The position numbers and the translations under genes were made by a program. Below are positions 1 to 9,825 of a DNA stretch of 64,000 nt, in pieces; position 1 is the first letter of the stretch; each line of letters opens with the position of its first letter. This DNA comes from a virus: IMG/VR virus record IMGVR_UViG_3300032562_000014, positions 8,645-72,644 of that record. The stretch is one strand, 5' to 3'. Under the pieces are notes generated by a model. That model searched no databases and had not been told where the DNA came from. It saw only the letters and a list, made by a program, of their open reading frames with translations.

Positions 1-1
1 T

Positions 2-637
2 ACCCTTAACCTGGGCGCTCCGGCAGCAATAGAAGAGGCGATAGAGTCCACGCGCTACCAGTATGACCATGACCAGAAAAGGCTGGACAGCATAGGCGTA
101 ATAACCCGCAGCAACGTATGCTCTGTAAGCTCGCGTGATGTGATGGCCACAGCTATCATGTGCGCCCAAAACTGCACCACCGATGTGTACAAGATAAGCC
201 TGTACACCGCCAAGATAGTATCAGAAAAGGAACGCCTGTACAAAAAGCCATACGATGCAGTGATGGACGAAGCGCACGAAGGAGTAGCCATTGTCAACAA
301 ACTACTGCTGGAGCAACTAAACGCGCTGCCATGGGCCCAGGAAGTGCTGGGAATAGACGATACTGACATCAGAATACTGGCAGCCCTATACAACAAAAAG
401 AACGGCGCTATGGACCTGACACAACTATCAGAAATGGCCCGGTCGGAAACTAAAAGGAAGTACGTAGGCCGCTGGGTGGAGCAACTGGAGAAAAAGGGCT
501 ACGTGACCACCGACAGGCCCAAAGAGAAAAAAGTATTTGGCCGGAAGATAAGCTACATGATCAGCACAAAAGGCGTAGGTGTGTTGCTTCGGTATTTGTA
601 TTACGTATGGGAAGTTGCTTTTCACGAGAAATGCTAA
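2..637 (+). CDS. Winged-helix (MarR-like) DNA-binding protein, 5'-truncated by the window edge
   Basis: The frame of ORF 140..637 is open back to position 2. The C-terminal half (DTDIRILAALY...LTQLSEM...VEQLEKKGYV...YMISTKG) has a wHTH pattern. Confidence 0.6.
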   Translation, partial: TLNLGAPAAIEEAIESTRYQYDHDQKRLDSIGVITRSNVCSVSSRDVMATAIMCAQNCTTDVYKISLYTAKIVSEKERLYKKPYDAVMDEAHEGVAIVNKLLLEQLNALPWAQEVLGIDDTDIRILAALYNKKNGAMDLTQLSEMARSETKRKYVGRWVEQLEKKGYVTTDRPKEKKVFGRKISYMISTKGVGVLLRYLYYVWEVAFHEKC

Positions 638-776
638 AAATAGCAATCATGGATTACAGAACAGAAGATGGGGAATTATTCCAGCAGATGAAGGAGCGAG
701 GCTTCACAAAAAGGAGCGAGAGGAAGATAATTCTACTACTGATTACACCCTGGTAGTAAAATATCCGAAATTTCGA

Positions 777-784
777 TACATTTG
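777..784 (+). promoter_or_regulatory. Bacteroidota primary-sigma -7 element
   Basis: TACATTTG (TAnnTTTG) lies 8 nt upstream of the ATG at 793. Confidence 0.55.
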
Positions 785-792
785 TCCTTGTT

Positions 793-2007
793 ATGCCAAC
801 TCCAATACCCGGCGGAGAGATAACCGCCTTTGAGAATGTAGTAAATTCAGCTCCTTACCCTGGCGGCCCTTTCGGTGTGTATGTGCTACAATCATACTTT
901 ACAAACTTTGAAGACATACCACGAGCAATAGGAGATCAACTGGATCTGTTTGGCCCTAACAATACCTACTTAGTAGAGGCGATGAACTCTTTTAATCCCA
1001 GCTACTCTACATTAGCTTCGGTAGGCATACTGTTTAAAAATCCGGGCACGAATGCCACCAACCCGGTATTGATCATCAACTCTAACTATACCGGCACTAT
1101 AACGATAAACAGCGCTATTGCAGGGCTTACCATACTCGGCAACAGCGCCATTTCAAAGATAGTAGTGGCTGCAGGTATTTCGTTGCCAAACTTATACATA
1201 GGCCCCGGCGCGAGTGTTGATGTGCTTGATAGTAGCGCTACGGGAGCCTTCGTGAACAACATATACCTGGCATACGCAAAGAACACCGCATCATCACTTA
1301 ATTCAGTAATGGTAGGTAGCGGCATAGGTAATGTACGGGTAGATGATGGCAGTTACTATGGAGGTGTAAGCCCTAATGATCCTGACCTGACCTGCGCGGC
1401 GGCAGTAACAGGACTTGCGGCGGGTGACATCACACATAACTCAGTAGTGCTGGCATGGACACCATACGTGAATGGAGGTTACATCTTTACCAATGTTCTG
1501 TACAAGAAAAATGAAAGTGCTGTGTGGCTTCCGGTAGATGATACTGTGGGTGACTACGTATACACTGCGGGAGTATTTACGGGCTTCGTTTTTCGTAACC
1601 TGGATGCAGATACCTACTACAACTTCAAAGTGACCGTAACGTGCAACAACGGGGGCGTAGCGAACACTTATATCAACGCACAGACCGTGTGCTGTGGTTC
1701 AAATAACAACCTTGTGCCGGCAACAAACTGTAAGATCGTAGTGCTGATAAAGACATCGCCAAACCCGGCCAACACGATAACGCTGTGCAATGGTGTGGTG
1801 ATACCGGCAGAATACCCTGTAGGTACTACACTGACCATACCGTACCTGGCGAATAAAAACATCACGGCTGACCTGGTAATTGACAATGCCATCTATCAGC
1901 TATTCCCGTATAATTCAGTAACAGGAACATGGGATGCTTCAACAACGCCTGTGCTGGAATTTATAAATGGTAACGTAGTAACTATTAGAGCACAACTTCC
2001 TATATAA
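793..2007 (+). CDS. Putative virion accessory protein with a fibronectin type III domain
   Basis: 404 aa. FN3 pattern VTGLAAGDITHNSVVLAW...NLDADTYYNFKVTVTC, preceded by beta-helix-like repeats. Confidence 0.6.
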   Translation: MPTPIPGGEITAFENVVNSAPYPGGPFGVYVLQSYFTNFEDIPRAIGDQLDLFGPNNTYLVEAMNSFNPSYSTLASVGILFKNPGTNATNPVLIINSNYTGTITINSAIAGLTILGNSAISKIVVAAGISLPNLYIGPGASVDVLDSSATGAFVNNIYLAYAKNTASSLNSVMVGSGIGNVRVDDGSYYGGVSPNDPDLTCAAAVTGLAAGDITHNSVVLAWTPYVNGGYIFTNVLYKKNESAVWLPVDDTVGDYVYTAGVFTGFVFRNLDADTYYNFKVTVTCNNGGVANTYINAQTVCCGSNNNLVPATNCKIVVLIKTSPNPANTITLCNGVVIPAEYPVGTTLTIPYLANKNITADLVIDNAIYQLFPYNSVTGTWDASTTPVLEFINGNVVTIRAQLPI

Positions 2008-2018
2008 AAATTATAAAA

Positions 2019-2318
2019 ATGGAAAATCCAAAACTCGCAGCAGCTCTTGATGTTGTTGTAGACAATATTAAAAGCGACCAATTTTATTATGATTTGTGGA
2101 ATAAAGGCATTTCTTTTATTTTTAGCGAAGAATTGAGAAATTCAATGCCAGACCATAATCACGATTTTATTGCTGGAATTAGTACGCGAGATACTTCCGT
2201 AACGTACAACTACCCTGGCGTATCACAAGACAGTGCGCAATCAGCATGTTCAACCCTTAATGCTGCTTATCAGGCTTCTCTCGGGGCGGGATCAGCAGAT
2301 TGCAGATTGGACTACTAA
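2019..2318 (+). CDS. Hypothetical protein
   Basis: 99-aa ORF with an A-rich leader, in operon position. Confidence 0.5.
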   Translation: MENPKLAAALDVVVDNIKSDQFYYDLWNKGISFIFSEELRNSMPDHNHDFIAGISTRDTSVTYNYPGVSQDSAQSACSTLNAAYQASLGAGSADCRLDY

Positions 2319-2364
2319 ATGGCCGGTGGCACGAAATTAAGGGCAGTAACATAAACTACACGCT

Positions 2365-2553
2365 ATGTCACTTTTAACCGTAATACTCGTAATTGTCCTT
2401 GTCGGTGTCCTACTTTGGGCGATTAACCGCTTTATTCCCATGGATGCAACCATAAAGAATATTCTGTATTTTGTAGTCGTTCTTGCGCTGATCCTGTGGC
2501 TTCTGCAGTCTTTCGGATTGCTGGGTGCGCTGTCTTCTGCGAGAATAAGATAA
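2365..2553 (+). CDS. Small two-TM membrane protein (resembles the Thivi_2564 family)
   Basis: Two hydrophobic helices separated by NRFIPMDATIKNIL. Confidence 0.65.
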   Translation: MSLLTVILVIVLVGVLLWAINRFIPMDATIKNILYFVVVLALILWLLQSFGLLGALSSARIR

Positions 2554-2560
2554 ACTGCCT

Positions 2561-2755
2561 ATGACCTACGCGCAAGCACAGGAATATGTTTTGTGGCACA
2601 AGAACTTCGGTGTTGTGGCGCGCCTCATTGATATGGAGCCGATGGACTTCAAGCAACGCATATGGCGTGGCCGGGCACATTTTAGTGAACTGGAGAAAGC
2701 TGCTATTGCTTATGCTGTTACATGGTTTGTGAAACCGTTTAAGGTTTATGAGTGA
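2561..2755 (+). CDS. Hypothetical protein
   Basis: 64-aa ORF whose stop abuts the stop of the convergent gene. Confidence 0.45.
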   Translation: MTYAQAQEYVLWHKNFGVVARLIDMEPMDFKQRIWRGRAHFSELEKAAIAYAVTWFVKPFKVYE

Positions 2756-3562
2756 CTATTTTACTCCGCAAAATCCATTGCACTCCATGAGTGGTTCTGC
2801 CATGCGTCCTTTCATCATGGATATGTCTTTCATGTGCGGGTATTTTGGGTGCGGCAGCAGGAATACTAAACCTCCACCTTTTGACTGATCTTTACATATA
2901 GTGACCGGCTCGCCTTTCATGTCGGTGTACTTGTGTTCCCGCATGGCCATGGCGTAAAACCTATCCGGAAAGTCCATTCTGAACTTTTGCCAATAACCTA
3001 TGCCTCCTTTAACGCAGCCTGTTTTTAGGCAGTTGTTATTGCTGTAGCCCATTTTGTAGGATACAGGTGGCTCTATGCCGTGCTTTTGTAGGATTTTGAT
3101 TGCTTCACCCTTCCTGAGTAATTCATTGATCACTGGGAATATGGGTTTGGTGCTCGGGTAGTTCTTCTTCATTTGCTTTGCCCGGTCAATTTCCTCTGCA
3201 TCAAATCCAAAGCCTTGATGAGAGAAATTATTACGCACCTGAAAGTCTTCGCGCACTATACGTTTTAATTCGGTAGAACAAATGGCTCCTGTTGCTACAT
3301 TTAGGCTCAGATAATGCTCCCAAACATCTTCAATGCTATCCCATTTGTTGCTGGAGATCGTTTCTATGGTTACGCCCCACCATTTTTCACAGTCGGCCTT
3401 GAATCTGTAGGTATCATCATCTTCATTCTTTGTGTCTATGAATACTACTCTCACGCATTCCTTGCCAAACCATTTAAGGCACAGCCAGCAGGTTATTGCC
3501 GAATCGGCGCCGCCTGACCACCAGGCTATTACAGGATTATCTTTACTGATGTTTTCAAACAT
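2756..3562 (-). CDS. PAPS-reductase-family PP-loop adenine-nucleotide hydrolase
   Basis: PP-loop WWSGGADSA, plus CSTELK, NNNCLKTGCVKGG and C-terminal ECNGFCG. The likely start is the ATG at 3562 (MFENISK), not 3751. Confidence 0.75.
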   Translation of the reverse strand: MFENISKDNPVIAWWSGGADSAITCWLCLKWFGKECVRVVFIDTKNEDDDTYRFKADCEKWWGVTIETISSNKWDSIEDVWEHYLSLNVATGAICSTELKRIVREDFQVRNNFSHQGFGFDAEEIDRAKQMKKNYPSTKPIFPVINELLRKGEAIKILQKHGIEPPVSYKMGYSNNNCLKTGCVKGGIGYWQKFRMDFPDRFYAMAMREHKYTDMKGEPVTICKDQSKGGGLVFLLPHPKYPHMKDISMMKGRMAEPLMECNGFCGVK

Positions 3563-3574
3563 AGATAATGATAT

Positions 3575-3679
3575 AAAAAAACAACCCCTTGTAGAGCTTC
3601 GGCCTGGCAGCCTCCACTCCGCAAGGGGTAAAATATCGTTTATTAAGTCGTGGCAGCGACTGTTTGCATGCCAAAAGTA
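3575..3679 (-). promoter_or_regulatory. Promoter plus structured leader ending in an intrinsic terminator (attenuator-like)
   Basis: TACTTTTG on minus at 3672-3679. Hairpin GTCG-CTGCCA-CGAC, then stem ACCCCTTG/CAAGGGGT (3584-3629) followed by a U-tract just before the ATG at 3562. Confidence 0.55.
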
Positions 3680-3754
3680 GTATATTTTTCTTGAAAAATA
3701 ATTTGAAGTGCAAAAATATTCTATCTTTACGCACAATAATACCCAGCACACCTT

Positions 3755-6700
3755 ATGGCGGCGTTTAAATTCCGTAATGACCTTAGTAAAGGAATAAACT
3801 TAGACCTTGACGAAAGCAGGCTTCCGCCGGATACTGCTGTGTTCCTGAAAAACATCACGCGGAATGTAAACACCAATGCTGCGGCAGCGGCGCTTGCTGG
3901 CTCTAACCAGGACGTATCCACACCAGTAGAAGGTTGCCAGGCGCTAACCATTAGCGGGATGCCCAGCGGGACCAATTACTGCATAGGGTACTATTCTTCG
4001 GAAAGCACTAATGAACTTTACTTCTTCGTCTACAACAGCGCTACCAACCACACTATATGGGTTATTAGCGGCGACACAGGCGTTATCCAAAAGGTATATC
4101 AGGGTGCGCTCCTTCAATTTCAGCTTAACCCAAAATATTTCATAGCACAGGGCCGCAGCACACTAGAGCTTCGCAGCCGGGTAGACCCTACAACAGGACT
4201 GCAAAGCAATTTCAAGTTTCTTATATTCACATTCAACTATACAAACCAGTTTTTAATTGAAGTCAATTCATCAATCGCGACCAGTTCTTACTCTACATCG
4301 TTCTTTACTTCGAGTGCAGCATTTTATAACCCCCTGGAGCTTGTGCATCTTGGAGTGCCTACTCCGTTAGTAGCAATGGGTATAGACACACCCAACGCTT
4401 ATACACCAACAACAGCAGATGCCCAGTTGCAGAACATGATCTCGCGCAATGGCTGGCAGTTCCGTATAAAGACAGTGGACTTCTATGGCCGCGAGTCGGA
4501 GCATGGCATTATCAGCGACACAGCAATAGTACTGATCGGTGGTGGCTGCATATCCCTGAGCAATGGACTTCCCCGGTGTTTCAACCTCAACTTTGATGCC
4601 GGTAACCCAATGGTGGACGTTATCCAGATAGAGTACAGGAAGTGGACCGGTGATGGCAGCGAGTCGGCGATACAAACAGACTGGCTTCTCTATGAGGCTA
4701 TAAACAAATACGATAACAGCACAGGAGAGTGGTACACAAGGTCTATCAACCCATTGTTTACCACAGCAGGTAGCGGTATGACCTTCAATGCCGGTACCAA
4801 CATGATCACCTATGCCTTCTGTGCGGATAAGAACAGCATACCGATAGATAGCGCTGAAACAAGCCGTACAGAGCCTGAATTGCCCCGTATATCCTCCAGT
4901 GTATTCTCCATTCAGGAAAGGATTGGCCTGGCTAATAACATACGGGACTTTGAGCCTATAGCACAGAGTACGATAGATAAAGTAACATTTGGAGTACAGC
5001 CCCCGGCAACAAGCACATGCGCTTCTCCTCCCACAAGGACTATTACTTTCTATGCGAATATTTATTCCCCGTACAACGACCAATCGCAAATGATAAGAAC
5101 ATCATTTGGGCAGGTTGTGTTTGGTGGTTCTGATAATGGCGGTGGATGTCCGGGCGGATCATCTAAAACAAGTAGTTTTAATGTAGGACAAGTATTTGGA
5201 GATCAAACCGCAGGGAATAGTGGGTTTATTGGCTATCTTGCTGGTACACCATACAAGTGCATATCTCAGCAGGGTAATTTTGATCTCGGTACCAATACAT
5301 GGACCTATCAAGGATATGGAAGTGGAATTGCTTTCCCTGGGCAGATCATGCAAAGATTTGTAATTACCGATGTACCAGCTGGGAAGTATGTAATAAGAAT
5401 AGCAAGCCATCATGCAACTGTTAACGACGCTGACTATCAAAACACCTCCACGCAGGTAGCCGGAGTTGTCCCTATATTTGATCTTGCTATTGCAGGGAAT
5501 AGGCGGATTAACATGGCGCAGTACCCATATAAAGAAATTGAAGTAGACTGCACAAGCCTTGATGTGAATTTACATAACTCCGGCGACCCAATGTTTCTTA
5601 TTTTGGATATGGGTGACGGGAATTATAGCGGCGGCGTTGATGGTTATCTCTATGAAACTCCCGGAGGTGCTCCAGTTGAAATGAATCCCATAGCATTTCA
5701 TGGATATGCTTTTGGGAGCTATTTCACAGATCACAATGGGTATTATTTTGTTTCATCAGCGAAACAAGGGGGTATGCCGGCAATTTCTATACTTACTGAT
5801 TTTTGCGATGGCAATGGTGTTGTGTTAACGCAACGCATTATCCCCTCTCAATCAGGGATAATACACGGAGATGGGAGTAATACCCCTTCCGGTGCATGTG
5901 CGAATAACTTTGGCGCTTGGAAAAATCAGCTATATTTAGCGGGGGGAACTACGGGTCAAATTGGGCCATACACTTCTTATCCTGCTGCGGCTCGGAGAAT
6001 AATTAAACAATATTTTGGTACATGCGCAAATCATAGCATAGGCGTTCCGGGAATACCAACGGTAATGACTAAATCGCCATGCGCAGTAAGCGACAATTCG
6101 GGATATTCAACTATAATTGCACACAATAGATATAATTATTCTACGCTTCCTGTGTCTGGATTATTTCCTCTTAATTACGCACTCGTCCCTGATTTTTCAA
6201 CATCTCCAAATAATCAGGATAAGCTGGTTTTTTCTCAAAAAGGAGGATGTCAATGGGTAGTTTGTGGTAGTTGCGTGACCTCAATGGCGGATGTGACAGT
6301 GACATATTTGGCTTGCGGAGCATCTTCTTCTGGGTGTACAGGGACTCCTGCGCCGAGAACTCTTTGCTTGTCGGCAATATACCTTAATGTTGCTGGGATA
6401 AATTTATACGGTGTACAGAGCGGTGGTAAATATCCTGTAGCTTTTTGGCTACATGATGTGATTGGAAGACATACAGCCCCGCAGGTTCGGCAAGGCGATA
6501 CGGCATTTGTAAACATACCAAACTTGAATGATGTAGGTCAGCAGATGTTTGGCCTATCCAGTATTAATTTCACTATAGATTCATCATTCTCCGTAGATCC
6601 GATGTTCACTAAAATGACATTTTTGGTGGGAGGGAATGTATTGTTCACTGATTATTTTAGTTGGGCCGCAGATTGGGTACAGCCGGTGGACATTACAGGT

Positions 6701-8674
6701 AATACGAATAGCGTAAACCCGGTAGCTATCCGCATCTATTATGGCAGTCTGAATGAATACAAAAAGGCAAATAATTTCAGCGTAAATTGTGACTGGCAGT
6801 TCATATCAGATCAGGGATTAAACACCGAAGGCGCGCCGATAGAGGGTGATGTTGCACAATTTATTATGAATGGATTCGGTACAACCACAGTAGGCGGTAC
6901 TGCATGGCTACCTTCTGTTATTTCAGCGCCGGTGACATATGATAGTAGCGGTGCATTTTTTACAATACAATATTTACCGGAATTAGCGAGCCTTACTAAT
7001 GAATGTTTGTTTCGCATCATACGGCCTTCACAAGATATGAGTGCGGAGTTTGTTTCTTTATTTGAGCAGTGCCTTACTATTGATCTTGTAGCTGGTGTGC
7101 CGCAAGTATTGTCTGGCATATTACCTTACGAGGATAGTTATTTACTTTCCCGACTATTGCCGGTGCCAAGGTTAAAAGGGCAGGCGGGGCCAATATCTCC
7201 AAGCACCTACTCCGCAACACCTGTTCCAGCGCTTCAATACACCAGTACCAATTTAGATACGGCACTTGTGGCGAGTGGTATTGCTACAAACAATGTGGAC
7301 AACAATAATGGCGTAGTGATATTCGATACAGTAGATGATAGCGTATCGGTAGCCTTTTACTTTGAAAGCCCATCCCCATCAGACTTTTACGGTAGTCACC
7401 TCGCGAGCCGTGGCCGTGTAGGAGTAGCCAATCCTTACGAAAGACAACTACGTATAGGTACAGAGATAGCGCTATCGGACACATCCGATGACCGCAGCAC
7501 ACTAAACGGGCTCTCTTATTTTGAGAGCCAGAACGCGCAGACCTTCGACAGGAACACATGGGGAGATATAACAGTAGTGCTCAATGAAACGAGCATGATC
7601 ATGGCTATATGCACAGCAGACCATTTCGTGGCCCGGTACAACACCACACAACTTCGCGTGGATGGCAACGGCAACGTGCTGGCGCAAAACCCCAATGGTA
7701 TCTTCACTCAGCCTGAAAGAAAGAACGGGCAGAACTTCGGCTGCATACAATCCAACATCAATACTGTAGTAAAATACGGAGGAACGGTAGTATGGCTGGA
7801 TGCAAAAGGACATCTTGTATTCTCTAACTTTAGCGATACACTTCCCGTGGAACAACAGGGCTACATGGGCTACCTGCTGAACAAGATAGCAAAAGTAAAC
7901 CTGCTGAACATGAATCCCGGTACTAACGGATTATCCTACTTTCACGGCAGCATAGATCCTAAGACCTTGGAGTACATGCTTACCATGTTCAACATACCAG
8001 CATCAGGTAGTCCTGCGTATCTCAATGCCAATAGCGTACCCACACTTACCAGCAACGAAACACTGGTATTTGATGTAAGCACAGGGGGCATACTAAAATG
8101 CTTCCCGTCCTTCACGCCGGAGATGTACGCGCCATTCCCTGGCTACTACCTCCAGCGCAACTTCCTGTCATTCAAAAACGGTGTACCGTATATCCATCAT
8201 AATACCTTCGCAAACACAGTAGCGCCCCCATCTTATGCTAACTTCTACGGTACACAGTGCGAATGTAGAATAACAGTTGTAGGTAATCCCGGCCCGGATA
8301 AGGTGAAGCGCTACTTCTATATTGAACTATATAGTAGACAGGCATTGTTCACAGGTATAGCAGGTACGCCAATACAGCCGGTATTCTACGCAGATGTAAT
8401 CACCACAGAAAAGAACCAGTTAAGCCGGATAAAACCGCTGCGCTGGGTGCAGAAAGATGGTATATGGTGTTCCGAGTTTGTGAATGACCTAAATACGCCT
8501 CCCGACATTAACCTTGTTCCGCAGACGGGTGCAAACAAGCTACTGGACGGTAATCCTTTGCAGGGAAGATGGATAAAATGCTCACTTGTAACGCAAAGTT
8601 CATACGCGGGAACATATTTTGAAGTATCTTCGCTTGTAATATATGGCAACGGTGTTGAAAAAAGCATCGGATAA
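3755..8674 (+). CDS. Tail muzzle/nozzle (P22 gp10-like stabilisation protein, crAss-like)
   Basis: 1639 aa. N-terminal KGINLDLDESRLP..AVFLKNI and C-terminal NFGC...VVWLD, NFYG, DGNPLQGRWIK motifs are typical of crAss-like muzzle proteins. Confidence 0.7.
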   Translation: MAAFKFRNDLSKGINLDLDESRLPPDTAVFLKNITRNVNTNAAAAALAGSNQDVSTPVEGCQALTISGMPSGTNYCIGYYSSESTNELYFFVYNSATNHTIWVISGDTGVIQKVYQGALLQFQLNPKYFIAQGRSTLELRSRVDPTTGLQSNFKFLIFTFNYTNQFLIEVNSSIATSSYSTSFFTSSAAFYNPLELVHLGVPTPLVAMGIDTPNAYTPTTADAQLQNMISRNGWQFRIKTVDFYGRESEHGIISDTAIVLIGGGCISLSNGLPRCFNLNFDAGNPMVDVIQIEYRKWTGDGSESAIQTDWLLYEAINKYDNSTGEWYTRSINPLFTTAGSGMTFNAGTNMITYAFCADKNSIPIDSAETSRTEPELPRISSSVFSIQERIGLANNIRDFEPIAQSTIDKVTFGVQPPATSTCASPPTRTITFYANIYSPYNDQSQMIRTSFGQVVFGGSDNGGGCPGGSSKTSSFNVGQVFGDQTAGNSGFIGYLAGTPYKCISQQGNFDLGTNTWTYQGYGSGIAFPGQIMQRFVITDVPAGKYVIRIASHHATVNDADYQNTSTQVAGVVPIFDLAIAGNRRINMAQYPYKEIEVDCTSLDVNLHNSGDPMFLILDMGDGNYSGGVDGYLYETPGGAPVEMNPIAFHGYAFGSYFTDHNGYYFVSSAKQGGMPAISILTDFCDGNGVVLTQRIIPSQSGIIHGDGSNTPSGACANNFGAWKNQLYLAGGTTGQIGPYTSYPAAARRIIKQYFGTCANHSIGVPGIPTVMTKSPCAVSDNSGYSTIIAHNRYNYSTLPVSGLFPLNYALVPDFSTSPNNQDKLVFSQKGGCQWVVCGSCVTSMADVTVTYLACGASSSGCTGTPAPRTLCLSAIYLNVAGINLYGVQSGGKYPVAFWLHDVIGRHTAPQVRQGDTAFVNIPNLNDVGQQMFGLSSINFTIDSSFSVDPMFTKMTFLVGGNVLFTDYFSWAADWVQPVDITGNTNSVNPVAIRIYYGSLNEYKKANNFSVNCDWQFISDQGLNTEGAPIEGDVAQFIMNGFGTTTVGGTAWLPSVISAPVTYDSSGAFFTIQYLPELASLTNECLFRIIRPSQDMSAEFVSLFEQCLTIDLVAGVPQVLSGILPYEDSYLLSRLLPVPRLKGQAGPISPSTYSATPVPALQYTSTNLDTALVASGIATNNVDNNNGVVIFDTVDDSVSVAFYFESPSPSDFYGSHLASRGRVGVANPYERQLRIGTEIALSDTSDDRSTLNGLSYFESQNAQTFDRNTWGDITVVLNETSMIMAICTADHFVARYNTTQLRVDGNGNVLAQNPNGIFTQPERKNGQNFGCIQSNINTVVKYGGTVVWLDAKGHLVFSNFSDTLPVEQQGYMGYLLNKIAKVNLLNMNPGTNGLSYFHGSIDPKTLEYMLTMFNIPASGSPAYLNANSVPTLTSNETLVFDVSTGGILKCFPSFTPEMYAPFPGYYLQRNFLSFKNGVPYIHHNTFANTVAPPSYANFYGTQCECRITVVGNPGPDKVKRYFYIELYSRQALFTGIAGTPIQPVFYADVITTEKNQLSRIKPLRWVQKDGIWCSEFVNDLNTPPDINLVPQTGANKLLDGNPLQGRWIKCSLVTQSSYAGTYFEVSSLVIYGNGVEKSIG

Positions 8675-8686
8675 TCACACACAACT

Positions 8687-8992
8687 ATGTACACTAAAGA
8701 CGAACTATCTCTCTTCACAGAAGAGCAACTACGAGAAAAGTTGCAACTTGCCTCACAGGAAGTAGATGTGCTGCGCAAAGAAGTGGATGAACTTATTCCA
8801 AAGGTATTCACCTCGCATCCGGCACTCACGCCAGCACAAAATGCAGATGTAAACCTGCTAATGAATAGCAAGTTTATCTTCAATGAAGAGCATCGTGATG
8901 CGTTTATAGGAACCTATGTGGAAGGCCGAAAAAGCCGCGACAAAGAAGTAGCTGATCTTATGAGCAAACTTAAATCTGGTGGACATGTTTAA
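8687..8992 (+). CDS. Hypothetical protein
   Basis: 101-aa ORF starting 12 nt after the muzzle stop. Confidence 0.55.
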   Translation: MYTKDELSLFTEEQLREKLQLASQEVDVLRKEVDELIPKVFTSHPALTPAQNADVNLLMNSKFIFNEEHRDAFIGTYVEGRKSRDKEVADLMSKLKSGGHV

Positions 8993-9698
8993 ATGGCCTT
9001 GGGTTAAAACACCGAGAATAGTAATACCGGCATTGACGCGAGAAGCTGCGCCTGTTAAGGTTGAATTACCTTTTATCGCAGCAGAGGCGGTGAAGCCAGA
9101 TGTAGATGCACCGCACGATGATCAAATGACTAAAATGTGGCCAATAAATCACGAATTGGATGAAATGATTAATTCGTTGAAACCTATAAAATTTATTACT
9201 GACCCAGATTTTAATATAGATGAAGTTAGGGGACAAAAACACACATTTATATTGGGCTCTCCAATACCTTTATCACAACTAACAGCCACGCAACCACAGC
9301 TAAACAAAAACAGCATAACTATGTCACAAACATTCCTACAAAGGATAGAAACAGGAGTACAGAACTTCCTGAACAACGTAGAAAAGAAACTGCCAACGGT
9401 ACTCGAAGAAGGTGCCGAATTTGGCTTGAAGTACACAGCGCTATTCCAGTCATGGATAGACAGCGGCGCAGTAACAGACATCACTACCCTGGTGCCAGCC
9501 ACAGAGCCATTAAAGGTAGAGATAGACGCTATTCTTGCGCAACTGAAAACAGCCTTCACGGCAATAGACAGCGCCTTCGCAAAAGGTACGTTGTTCATTG
9601 CAGCAGGTAAGATCGGCCAGCTACAAACAGGCGTTGATGTGCCATTGAGCCACGTATTGCTTGCCGTACAGGCGAAGTACGACACAAAGACTGCGTAA
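8985..9698 (+). CDS. Hypothetical helical protein; alternative internal start at 9321 (MSQTFLQRIE)
   Basis: The ATG at 8985 overlaps the end of the upstream gene. A second in-frame ATG at 9321 has an A-rich leader. The C-terminal part resembles 61416..61886. Confidence 0.55.
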   Translation: MFKWPWVKTPRIVIPALTREAAPVKVELPFIAAEAVKPDVDAPHDDQMTKMWPINHELDEMINSLKPIKFITDPDFNIDEVRGQKHTFILGSPIPLSQLTATQPQLNKNSITMSQTFLQRIETGVQNFLNNVEKKLPTVLEEGAEFGLKYTALFQSWIDSGAVTDITTLVPATEPLKVEIDAILAQLKTAFTAIDSAFAKGTLFIAAGKIGQLQTGVDVPLSHVLLAVQAKYDTKTA

Positions 9699-9825
9699 TG
9701 GCCGGTGCCGCATAAGAAAGTAGCCATGCGCACGGATCGAAGACAGCCTTTAAAGGTAGGCTCTAAACCGTAATGTTAGCACAGTAGCAGTCTGGGGGTA
9801 ATCTAAAACTGCAAAAAAATCAAAA

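Noticed and set aside
14-29. GGCGCTCCGGCAGCAA, also present near 27103
   Set aside because: Both copies are in coding sequence and encode GAPAA; probably chance or codon convergence.
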